Shown here piece after piece: positions 50,127 to 59,076 of a stretch of DNA of 64,000 bases. The translations under genes were made by a program, and so were the position numbers. The DNA comes from an uncultured Gammaproteobacteria bacterium (GTDB lineage: Bacteria > Patescibacteriota > Patescibacteriia > UBA9934). Every line of letters begins with the position of its first letter. The first letter of the stretch is position 1. Location: positions 4,124 to 68,123 of the forward strand of contig CAYMYA010000001.1 in the NCBI GenBank assembly GCA_964394565.1, written 5' to 3'. The notes beneath the pieces are model-generated. The model saw only the letters and a list, made by a program, of their open reading frames with translations, had not been told where the DNA came from and made no database searches.

Positions 50127-50183
50127 GACGAACCAAAAAACCTGAAATATCCTCAAAAGAAACAGCGCACCCACGGAAGTCAA

Positions 50184-51041
50184 GATTCGCCTTACTCCCC
50201 TCGGGCTAGCCACCGCCTCAGTATGAAGTGGAGTGCCGAGCTCTCACGTCATGCCTCACCACGTCGTCAGCTTCGTCAGCGTGTTATTGAGTTAGAGCAC
50301 AACCTTCTTTTGAAAGAATGAGCGTGGCAGGACTAAATTTGTATGTGTCCCCAGCATGAGTTTGGGGGATGAGAATGGCTTGCTGATTTACACCTGAATC
50401 GTGTAGTCTCTTTTGGATAGTGGCAAATGTATTCTTATCTGAGAAGAGTACTAATTTACCTTGAGCAGATAATGCTTGATAACTAGCTCTGGCAAGTTGA
50501 ACAAAAAGCCCACCATTGTCGTCTGGACCAAATGTAAATGCGGTGATCAGACTAATTCCTCCATGCAGTGAATGAAGAATGTCCAAGCCATCTTCGGTGT
50601 GAACAATAATTTTCGGTAAAACCTTTCTGAGTTGTGCCAACTGTGTCGGGTTGGTTTCGAGCGCTTCAACGCTTCCACCAGCGATATTGCAAATTTCATT
50701 GAGCATAAAAGTCGGTCCGCCACCACCTGATCCAAAATCCATCACTCTTCTAAAATCGGATAAATTAAGGTGACCATGCTTAATGGCCTCTTGCATAGCA
50801 TGTAGTGAATATCTAGAACCATCTCTTTGCCATGTAAAAGCAGGATCAGATCGGAATTGGGGAAACTGTGCTACATCTAAATTTAATATTTGAGCCAGCT
50901 TCAAAGACTCGATCCTAGCCCTATCTGCTTTATCAAACCCTTTATGATCTAAGTCTTGTTTAAAATCCATATTGCTTACAATACATCATACAACTATTTC
51001 GGTTTCTGTGGATTTAACCCTGATTCGCCCTATTCCCCTCG
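50184..51041 (-). mobile_element. Islet of about 0.85 kb inserted at the mrdA 3' end
   Basis: 20-bp direct repeat (18/20 identical) at 50184..50203 and 51022..51041, flanking an AT-rich methyltransferase gene. Confidence 0.65.
50284..50970 (-). CDS. Class I SAM-dependent methyltransferase
   Basis: Motif I VMDFGSGGG, VEALE, and ALSAQGKLVLF. Confidence 0.8.
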   Translation of the reverse strand: MDFKQDLDHKGFDKADRARIESLKLAQILNLDVAQFPQFRSDPAFTWQRDGSRYSLHAMQEAIKHGHLNLSDFRRVMDFGSGGGGPTFMLNEICNIAGGSVEALETNPTQLAQLRKVLPKIIVHTEDGLDILHSLHGGISLITAFTFGPDDNGGLFVQLARASYQALSAQGKLVLFSDKNTFATIQKRLHDSGVNQQAILIPQTHAGDTYKFSPATLILSKEGCALTQ

Positions 51042-52949
51042 CGAGCGATTCGCGAACCACCAGGCAAAGATTTCTTTAGCGATTGGGGTGGTGTAGTAGG
51101 CGTTACCAGCTTGTTCTACAATCACGGTGACGGCGATTTCGGGTTTTGCGAAAGGACCAAAGCCGGTGAACCAGGTGTGCTCCGCCTTCCCCGTCGCCCA
51201 TTGCGCGGTACCGGTTTTTCCCGCAACAGGCTCGGCGAGATCTTGCATAATCGTCGCACTGCCGTATGTGATTGTTGCGCGCATCGCGTCGCGAATAACG
51301 TTTGCGATATCTTCTGGCATAATGCGTTCTCCGGATGAAGTTTGGTTCAATGCCAAGTGCGGCGTCATCATCGTCCCCCAGTTCGCAAATGTTGCGGTGG
51401 TGCGGTTCATTTGAAGCGGTGTGACGAGCAAATCTCCTTGGCCAATGGAAACGTTATAGGTGTCTCCGATATACCAGGGTTCGCCTTTTGCGCTCAGTTT
51501 CCATTCTTTTGACGGCAAAAATCCAACCGCTTCGTTTGGAAGGTCAACGCCTGACGGTTCCCCAAGCCCAAACAAATTCGCGTACCGCATTAAACGCTCA
51601 ATACCAAGCCCTTCAAATGCCTCATTACCGCCACCGATAATGTAAAAGAACGTATTCACGGAATCGGCAATTGCGTGATACACGTTTGTGGAGCCGTGCC
51701 CGGCAGAACGCCAATCGGGAAAGAATCGCGAGCCAAGCCAAAGGCCACCCGTGGAAAGGAAACTTGTTGACGGCGTGATAATCCCTTCCATCAACGCAGC
51801 AGCGGCATACACCGGCTTCATCGTGGAACCAGCGGGATATTCCCCCTGCGTTGCCCGAGGGAATAGTGGAGCGTCAGGGTTCTCGAGCAACGCAGAATAT
51901 TCCTCCTGCGTAATGCCACGCGCAAACATGTTCACATCGTAGGACGGGTACGAAAGCATGGCGAGAATCTCCCCAGTGTTTGGATTGGTGACAACAGCTG
52001 CAGCACGCTTGATTTCTGCATTTTCGAGAGAAGTATTGAGAATCGCCTCAATGGCTCTTGTGAATTCCGCATCGATGGTGAGCGATACGTTTTCGCCCTG
52101 CACGGCATCGGTCTTTTTTAGTGTACGCAGCGGCACGCCCTCAGCATCCACTTCGACAATTTCAACTCCTGGCGTACCGCGAAGGACGCGCTCATATTCT
52201 GCTTCAATCCCCTGCCGTCCGATACTATCGAATCTGCGGTACCCCTCCGCACGTAACGTTTCAACGTCATCTGGCGGAATGCTCCCAGTAAAACCGAGCA
52301 CGTGTGAGAGCGTCGGCATCCACGTGGTGGCATACGAACGTGTGGACGCGAGTTCAACAGTGAGCCCCGGGTGTTCTTCGTGCGTTGCGAGGTATGCGAG
52401 GGCTTGCAGGTATGGCACGTCGTCTGCAAGCAACACCGTAGCATCGTGTTGCGCGGCAAGATATCGTGATTCAAACTCGTTCACCGAAACCGTAAATTGA
52501 GCACCAAGTTCAGCAAAATATTTTGCGCGAAGTAATTGATCCGTGGGAATATCGGCAACGCTAACGACAAGATGAAACCTCGGCGTGTTCCATGCAAGCG
52601 TCTCACCCCGACGATCTGTAATGACTCCACGGTTCGGAATGACGACTTTCGTACGGGTACGATTATTATCCGCAATCGCGCGATACACCTTACCTTCCAC
52701 AATTTGCCACTGGCCAATACGAACAAGAAAAATACTGAACGTCACAACGAGCAAATACAGACCAATCTTCTTTGCGCGTGCTGAGACGATATTCCCAACA
52801 TAACTCCCCGTTGATAGTTCTGAGGTTGATCGTTGTGCAAGAACGTCATCAAACGTTTCGTCCATCGCACCAAATGCCAATGTTCCGATCGCGTCATCGT
52901 CGGCCAACGGAAATACGGTACGTTCTTTTTTCTGTCGACGAAACATCAT
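51030..52949 (-). CDS. mrdA: Penicillin-binding protein 2
   Basis: Motifs RGVITDR, STMK, SVN and KTG. Start placed at the ATGA overlap with mreD. Confidence 0.94.
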   Translation of the reverse strand: MMFRRQKKERTVFPLADDDAIGTLAFGAMDETFDDVLAQRSTSELSTGSYVGNIVSARAKKIGLYLLVVTFSIFLVRIGQWQIVEGKVYRAIADNNRTRTKVVIPNRGVITDRRGETLAWNTPRFHLVVSVADIPTDQLLRAKYFAELGAQFTVSVNEFESRYLAAQHDATVLLADDVPYLQALAYLATHEEHPGLTVELASTRSYATTWMPTLSHVLGFTGSIPPDDVETLRAEGYRRFDSIGRQGIEAEYERVLRGTPGVEIVEVDAEGVPLRTLKKTDAVQGENVSLTIDAEFTRAIEAILNTSLENAEIKRAAAVVTNPNTGEILAMLSYPSYDVNMFARGITQEEYSALLENPDAPLFPRATQGEYPAGSTMKPVYAAAALMEGIITPSTSFLSTGGLWLGSRFFPDWRSAGHGSTNVYHAIADSVNTFFYIIGGGNEAFEGLGIERLMRYANLFGLGEPSGVDLPNEAVGFLPSKEWKLSAKGEPWYIGDTYNVSIGQGDLLVTPLQMNRTTATFANWGTMMTPHLALNQTSSGERIMPEDIANVIRDAMRATITYGSATIMQDLAEPVAGKTGTAQWATGKAEHTWFTGFGPFAKPEIAVTVIVEQAGNAYYTTPIAKEIFAWWFANRSRGE

Positions 52950-53437
52950 GAGAGCGGTTTTAATGCGACGCGTGAGCCGATCGTGCGGCGAAATGACCGA
53001 ATGAGCATCGTTCCCAAATAAAGCGTTGGAATCAGGAGGAGTTCCTGAATCCATAGTGTTGAAAAAGAAATGTTCCACGTGACGTGAAAGAGTCCATGCA
53101 CAAAGCCATGAATCACCCACAATATCACGATACCAAACCCATGCGCGACGAGCCCAACACCAAGCAAGGCATACAACGAGCGTGTGCTAAAAATTTTAAT
53201 CATGAAGAGTGGCCCCAACATGGCGATGATCGCCGAAACAAAATCCCCTCGCAATATGGCAAGCGCGAGAAACCAGACAATCCCCTCAGGAATACCAACG
53301 CGCTGTAAGACGAGAAGCCCTGACGTCATCATCAGTGGAATGAACGCGATCCAATCGTCGAAAACCCAAAGGACGGACGTCTCCAGGGCGAGCAGTATAC
53401 AAAATGTTAGCGTGAGCACTATTGAAGACCGAATCAT
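52946..53437 (-). CDS. mreD: MreD-like membrane protein
   Basis: About 5 TM; translationally coupled between mreC and mrdA. Confidence 0.7.
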   Translation of the reverse strand: MIRSSIVLTLTFCILLALETSVLWVFDDWIAFIPLMMTSGLLVLQRVGIPEGIVWFLALAILRGDFVSAIIAMLGPLFMIKIFSTRSLYALLGVGLVAHGFGIVILWVIHGFVHGLFHVTWNISFSTLWIQELLLIPTLYLGTMLIRSFRRTIGSRVALKPLS

Positions 53438-54255
53438 AGTTCTGGAACAATGTGTTGAATGACCAAAACAACATTCCACGCCCGCGGATCATGAATTGGC
53501 GTCACTGTTGCGGTCACAAATGGCGCGCTTTCTTCAGTCGTCACCGTTTCCACAATGCCAATAAGTAACCCCTCGGGAATATTCCCTCCAAGCCCACTGG
53601 TCACCACGCTGTCGCCAATCGCAATCGTGGCATCCTGCGGAACGTACTGCAATGATAATACCGCCCCCTCATTCCCTACCACGAGCCCAAGAGTTTTTTC
53701 TTGCCCAAGTATCGTTGCAGTAATCGCACTTTGAGGATCTTCTATGAGCCGAACAGTCGCTTGCGTCTCCTGAACACGTATAATGGTACCGAGCAAATAT
53801 CCTTCCCCAATGACGACGGCATTGCCGATACGAATACCGTCGCGTTCCCCACGATCGATGATGATATCTGAGGACGCTAAGACCCCGCGTGCGATCACGC
53901 GCGCTGCAACCTTTTGCAGATTCTCCGATGTTCGTTCATATGCGAACAATTGTCTCCACTGAGCAACTTCGTCTTCTGCACTCGCGAGACGAGTGTTTCG
54001 TGCAACCTGATCTACCAACGTTTCCACGCACGCATTCAATCGATGCATTGTGCTATCGTCATTCGCGAAAACACGTGATGTCATTTGCGCAACGGTGTTT
54101 GCTACCGCATACATGCCTCCAGAAATACGGTGTAGTGCACCTGCAATCAGCGGAATACGCGATACCATCCAAAAAACGAGTAACGCAGCAAAAAAACCCG
54201 CAAACCGCTTCACGGCAACCTGGGCTTTTTCCGAAAAATACCATGCACGAGGCAT
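53434..54255 (-). CDS. mreC: Rod shape-determining protein MreC
   Basis: Motifs ARVIAR, IIDRGERDGI and VVTSGLGGNIPEG. Confidence 0.93.
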   Translation of the reverse strand: MPRAWYFSEKAQVAVKRFAGFFAALLVFWMVSRIPLIAGALHRISGGMYAVANTVAQMTSRVFANDDSTMHRLNACVETLVDQVARNTRLASAEDEVAQWRQLFAYERTSENLQKVAARVIARGVLASSDIIIDRGERDGIRIGNAVVIGEGYLLGTIIRVQETQATVRLIEDPQSAITATILGQEKTLGLVVGNEGAVLSLQYVPQDATIAIGDSVVTSGLGGNIPEGLLIGIVETVTTEESAPFVTATVTPIHDPRAWNVVLVIQHIVPEL

Positions 54256-54263
54256 ACGGGAAA

Positions 54264-55316
54264 TTATCGGCGACGCTCAGCACCCGTTGCAGGAAGCATC
54301 ACGTCGTGTAAAAGCCCCTCGTCGCCGAGCAAAATTCCGCACCCGCGCACAACCGCAGTTTGCGGATCTTCAGCAAGGTGCACAGGAATATCCGTTTCTT
54401 TTGCAATTGAGCGCTCAAGACCACGCAGCAAACTTCCTCCGCCAACGAGCGTAATACCGCGCTCATAAATGTCTGCGACCAGTTCGGGAGGCGTGAGCTC
54501 AATCGTAGATTTAATATTTTCGATAATCGTACGCACTGACCGCGCAATGGCTTCACGAATTTGCGTATCTGTCACAGTTACTTCTTTTGGCAAGCCAGTG
54601 ATCAAATCTCTTCCACGCATGGTCATACGCAAGTTGTCTCCTAAATCCAACGTGCTCCCGATTCTACATTTCACTTCCTCCGCAACACGTTCACCAAGTA
54701 AGAGATTAAAAACATCGCGCGCATATTGCAAAACATTTTTCGTCATTTCATCACCAGCAATGGTGAGCGATTTCCATGTCACAATCCCAGAAAGCGAAAT
54801 AACGGCAATTTCCGTGGTGCCTCCACCGATATCTACCACCATGTTTCCGAGAGAGTCTTCAATGGGCAACCCTGCGCCAACTGCAGCGGCGATGGGTGCT
54901 TCAACAAGAATAGCCTGCCGTGCGCCGCCGGAAAGCGCGGCGTCTTCAACTGCTTTGCGTTCAACCTCGGTAATTTCCATTGGCACACTCATGACGATAC
55001 GCGGACGCGGCACGAAGGTGAAGGATTGATCGTGAATTTTATCAATGAAATATTTCAACATTTTTTCCGTCACTTCAAAATCTGAAATCACGCCTTTACT
55101 CAATGGCTTGGTAATATGAATATGTGGCGGTGTTTTGCCGAGCATATCCTTCGCAGTTTTCCCTACTGCGAGAATATGATTGGTTCGCGTATTGATCGCA
55201 ACCACCGACGGCTCGTTCATGACAATCCCTTTTTCTCGCACAAAAACGCGCGTTGTTGACGTGCCTAAATCTATCCCAAGATCTTCCGAAAACTTCCCAA
55301 AAAACCGATCAAACAT
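54264..55316 (-). CDS. mreB: Rod shape-determining protein MreB
   Basis: Motifs IDLGTS, EPSVVA, DIGGGTTE and GGGSLL. Confidence 0.96.
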   Translation of the reverse strand: MFDRFFGKFSEDLGIDLGTSTTRVFVREKGIVMNEPSVVAINTRTNHILAVGKTAKDMLGKTPPHIHITKPLSKGVISDFEVTEKMLKYFIDKIHDQSFTFVPRPRIVMSVPMEITEVERKAVEDAALSGGARQAILVEAPIAAAVGAGLPIEDSLGNMVVDIGGGTTEIAVISLSGIVTWKSLTIAGDEMTKNVLQYARDVFNLLLGERVAEEVKCRIGSTLDLGDNLRMTMRGRDLITGLPKEVTVTDTQIREAIARSVRTIIENIKSTIELTPPELVADIYERGITLVGGGSLLRGLERSIAKETDIPVHLAEDPQTAVVRGCGILLGDEGLLHDVMLPATGAERRR

Positions 55317-55400
55317 AGCACGGGCATGTTCCCACACCGCGCCATTTCAAACCACACGTCTATCCACACCAATGGGTACGCTATCGTGAGACGACAGGGT

Positions 55401-55790
55401 TTAAATTTCCCGTGCTCCCGCGGTCATACTGAGAAACAGTGCCTCAACAAGTGCTGCAAGCACGACAAGAATCAGCATCGTTCCTAAAGAAAACAACTCC
55501 TGAGCGAGCAAGATGAGCGACGTCATACACAATAAGGCAAGCACAATGCCCTGACGTAATGAACGTGCCACAGCCTGATCGATGGGCTTTTCAGGCGCTC
55601 TCCAGGCACGAAACACTGTGCCCGCCATGGTGCACACACCAGCGACGCCAGCACCAAGAGTGAGATAAAAAACACCATACGCCAATAACCCTGCGGTAAC
55701 AGGGTCGATAGCGAGCATTACAATGCACCAAGACGAAATGCTCATTGCGGTACCCAGTGCGAGTACCACAAGATATTGTCGAAGCGTCAT
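55401..55790 (-). CDS. Four-TM membrane protein
   Basis: 129 aa with an IDP loop and an SLRQG motif; TATACT just upstream. Confidence 0.75.
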   Translation of the reverse strand: MTLRQYLVVLALGTAMSISSWCIVMLAIDPVTAGLLAYGVFYLTLGAGVAGVCTMAGTVFRAWRAPEKPIDQAVARSLRQGIVLALLCMTSLILLAQELFSLGTMLILVVLAALVEALFLSMTAGAREI

Positions 55791-55807
55791 ACTGCGAACA
55801 GTATACT

Positions 55808-56149
55808 CTAAAATCTGCCACGCTCAATCTGCACTCGTGGTGTGATGGTGTGTACTTCTGCCTCAGGAACCTCTTCTCCTAATCGGGCAAGAATTTGTGG
55901 CGTCATCCCGTCGAGATCATATGATGCCCCCGCATTATCGCATCCAATGACGAGAACGCCATTCGCGTAACTAATGACCCGAATATCACGACATAAGACA
56001 CTATCACCCAGCAATTCATCTAAAATCTCATTCGCACGATCAACAATAATCGCCGCGGTGACTTGCTTCGTCACACCATGACGACGTAGCGCACCGTCAA
56101 GTAAACTACCAAGTTTTGTCAGCGAAGCACGGCGCTTAGATTTTTGCAT
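55808..56149 (-). CDS. DciA/DUF721 family protein
   Basis: Pattern LGSLL..AL...GV, beta-hairpin ISYANGVLVIGC, and L...TPQILARL. Confidence 0.7.
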   Translation of the reverse strand: MQKSKRRASLTKLGSLLDGALRRHGVTKQVTAAIIVDRANEILDELLGDSVLCRDIRVISYANGVLVIGCDNAGASYDLDGMTPQILARLGEEVPEAEVHTITPRVQIERGRF

Positions 56150-59069
56150 ATGGGCAAATATCTTTAAAATCACAAAATTGACATTGCGGACCAGGCGTTG
56201 CTTCAAATGTAGAGGTGCGGATACGTTCCATCGTTTCACGAATTTGCAATTTGAGCTTTTCTTTATCTTTATCTGTTGGCTCAAAACTCACGGCAGTATT
56301 GGATTCGATGTAATAGAACGTGAGTTTTTTAACGTGCAGTGGCGGGACAAAACTTTCTTCACCGGCGATAGCGTAAAGAATTAATTGTCGACGATCATCC
56401 CAATCAAGCGTTTTTTTCGGGCTCCCGGTTTTATAATCGATTATTTCTACACCGCCGGGCACAGTATCGATACGGTCGATGCGCCCCTTTACCAAGACGT
56501 CTCCAACTTTCAAGGTAAAGCCTTTTTCTAAATATTTTGGAGACGGAGGGTTTTTTACAAGCATGGCGTAATATTCTTTCAGATATATCCTGCCACGTTC
56601 ACGATAATCGTCACGCGTCGCAGAGTCGGGATACCATTCGTCGATCCATGCCGCATCATACATCTCCATGAGGTCATGCAATGTCGGCATCGCAACACGT
56701 TCAGATGGTGCACCAAAAAGCGACGACTGCATGAGCGCGGTATTCGCAAGAATACGCTCCATGAATCGCTGTAACGTATCGTGCACGGATTTTCCAAAGC
56801 TCATTTGGTGTTTGCCGTATGATGGAACGCCAATAATATGCGCATATTTATATTGTTGCGGGCAATTCGAGAACGCGGCAATTTGCGAAAAGCTGATTTT
56901 ATCAGGAACATGGATGTTTGCATTCCCTGCAGCCGACAGTTTTGCATCACCAACGATATCGTTCATAGCATTCCCGCGCAAAGGCGCTGTGATCGTTGGA
57001 GAATACTCAAGCTCGGTCAGAAAACGTGATATCTTTTTCTTTCGCGCCCCTCCGTAATCTTCTGCGCTCATCAGATACACGCCTTCCTTTGCACGTGTAA
57101 TCGCAACGTAAAACAGCCGACGCTCCTCTGCGATATGATCGTCGAGCGCAACATTCGTCTCAAGTAGCCCTGGTGGAAAATCTATTGCATGTGAACGCCC
57201 GACTGACGGGAATCGCTGTTCGACTAAGTTTACTAAAAAGACATAACGAAATTCCAAACCTTTTGAACCATGTACCGTCATGACCGAAACAACATCCGGT
57301 CCTTCTTCTGGGTTTTGCATTACCGCACCACTTTCTCCAGCTGCACGCTCGGCGTCAAATTCGTCTAAAAATCTCGCGAGCGTGACGTCGTCATTCGTGA
57401 CAGAAAATCGCTTCAATCGTGCAAGAAACCGGTTCAGAAGCCGATAAAGCTCCTGTTGTTCGAGCTCAGAAAACGCCTGACAATCCGCAAGGAGTCCTGT
57501 TTCTTTCACGGTTGCCACAAAAAGCTCAATAACAGGAAGACGTTTCGCGCGATCACGTAATGCACCGATAGTGCCAACGATATCCAAAATTCGGTTCCGC
57601 CCATCCATACTTATTCCAGCGGCATCAGCGTACGAGAGTAAATCAAACAAAGACATCCCCTTGCGTTTTGCATAAAACATCAACGCGGCAAGGTCACCCT
57701 GCATCAGTCCAAGTCTCGGATGAGAAAGGATACGGTACAGTGATGGGCTATCGTGAGGCGCATGAATGACGCGCAAATACGCAAGCGCGTCTAAAATAAT
57801 CGGTTTTGTATACAATCCAGACATCGCAAGAAATCGATATGGAATTCCGGCGCGCTCGAGCGCTTCGAGAAATGGGTCTGCATGATCATTGCCACGAACG
57901 AGAATCGCCACATCGCTCCATGCCGCTCCCTGGGTATCGTGCAGTGTTGCGATCGTGTGTACCGTTGTTTCTACCTCTTCTTCAAGCGTTGCGGCATGAA
58001 TATGGTGTACGAACCCCTCATGCGCAGTGTGAGAACGCAATTGTTTCGATAACCCCTCTGTGATTTCCAGACGATGCGGATTGTTTCCAGAAATCAAGCT
58101 ATACGCCAAATCTAAAATCACTTTCCCGCTTCGGTAATTATGTACAAGAACAATCTTTGTCGTCTCCGGATAATCTTCCCGGAACCGAAGAATATTTGCG
58201 AGCGCGGCACCACGGAATTTATAAATTGCCTGATCATCATCACCAACAATCGTGAGATTATTTTTGGGAGCAGCGAGGAGTCGCACAAGTTCATACTGCA
58301 CACTATTCGTGTCTTGAAACTCATCGACGACAATATATGAATATTGTTCCCGATATTTCGCAAGAATATTTGGTCGTGTACGAAAAAGTTCGACGGTGTA
58401 CGCAAGCAAATCGCCGAAATCGAGCGCGCTTTCCCGAAGCAAGACGTTCTGATATGTCGCGTAGGCCTGTGCAACTTCCTGATATTTTTCCAGTTCAAGT
58501 CGCTCCTCTTCTGGCAGCGCAAGGACGTTCCGTGCATCGCCGTCTGTCGCACGTTCAATCATCTTCTCGACGTATTTTTTGTATTGATCAGGCGAAATAC
58601 CTTCATCTTTTGCACGTGAAAAATGCCCGAGTAGTACACGAAAAAATTTTGTCGGGTTCCCACGCGGACGGTAATACTCCAATGCGAAATCCGCAATATG
58701 CTTTCGCATCATGAGCCATGTATCGACTTCGGAAGCAACAGTAAAATCCTGCGGTATCCCAATGTCCACACCGTGTTCACGTAATACACGTTCGCAAAAG
58801 GCATGAAACGTAGAAATGGAAAGATCAACATACCCAAGCGGCAGAAGCCGATCGACGCGTTCCTCCATTTCATTCGCCGCTTTATCCGTAAATGTGAGCG
58901 CAAGTATACCGTCTGGCGTCACCTTCCCTTCTGCAATGAGCCATGCGATACGTTTGGTAATGACCGTGGTTTTTCCCGTTCCTGCACCAGCAATAATCAT
59001 GAGCGGCCCCTCTCCATGGGTTACCGCTTTGACCTGCTCGTCGTTCAGGCCGTCTAAAAGTACATTCAT
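56136..59069 (-). CDS. UvrD/PcrA helicase fused to a PD-(D/E)xK nuclease with an Fe-S staple (AdnB-like)
   Basis: Helicase motifs AGAGTGKT, VDEFQD and TVHGSKGLE. Nuclease motif GRIDRID...IIDYKTG. Cys in NCP plus CQFCDFKDIC. Confidence 0.92.
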   Translation of the reverse strand: MNVLLDGLNDEQVKAVTHGEGPLMIIAGAGTGKTTVITKRIAWLIAEGKVTPDGILALTFTDKAANEMEERVDRLLPLGYVDLSISTFHAFCERVLREHGVDIGIPQDFTVASEVDTWLMMRKHIADFALEYYRPRGNPTKFFRVLLGHFSRAKDEGISPDQYKKYVEKMIERATDGDARNVLALPEEERLELEKYQEVAQAYATYQNVLLRESALDFGDLLAYTVELFRTRPNILAKYREQYSYIVVDEFQDTNSVQYELVRLLAAPKNNLTIVGDDDQAIYKFRGAALANILRFREDYPETTKIVLVHNYRSGKVILDLAYSLISGNNPHRLEITEGLSKQLRSHTAHEGFVHHIHAATLEEEVETTVHTIATLHDTQGAAWSDVAILVRGNDHADPFLEALERAGIPYRFLAMSGLYTKPIILDALAYLRVIHAPHDSPSLYRILSHPRLGLMQGDLAALMFYAKRKGMSLFDLLSYADAAGISMDGRNRILDIVGTIGALRDRAKRLPVIELFVATVKETGLLADCQAFSELEQQELYRLLNRFLARLKRFSVTNDDVTLARFLDEFDAERAAGESGAVMQNPEEGPDVVSVMTVHGSKGLEFRYVFLVNLVEQRFPSVGRSHAIDFPPGLLETNVALDDHIAEERRLFYVAITRAKEGVYLMSAEDYGGARKKKISRFLTELEYSPTITAPLRGNAMNDIVGDAKLSAAGNANIHVPDKISFSQIAAFSNCPQQYKYAHIIGVPSYGKHQMSFGKSVHDTLQRFMERILANTALMQSSLFGAPSERVAMPTLHDLMEMYDAAWIDEWYPDSATRDDYRERGRIYLKEYYAMLVKNPPSPKYLEKGFTLKVGDVLVKGRIDRIDTVPGGVEIIDYKTGSPKKTLDWDDRRQLILYAIAGEESFVPPLHVKKLTFYYIESNTAVSFEPTDKDKEKLKLQIRETMERIRTSTFEATPGPQCQFCDFKDICPYAKI

Positions 59070-59076
59070 GCAAATA

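Noticed and set aside
50170-50190. CACGGAAGTCAAG resembling a 5S rRNA loop motif
   Set aside because: The flanking sequence does not fit the 5S helices, and there is no rRNA operon nearby.
50264-50280. CUGACGA hammerhead-like cores on the minus strand
   Set aside because: No correctly placed GAAA and stem III/cleavage triplet.
52950-53120. Longer mrdA start suggested by the ORF track
   Set aside because: It overlaps mreD extensively. The ATGA coupling at 52949 is the more plausible start.
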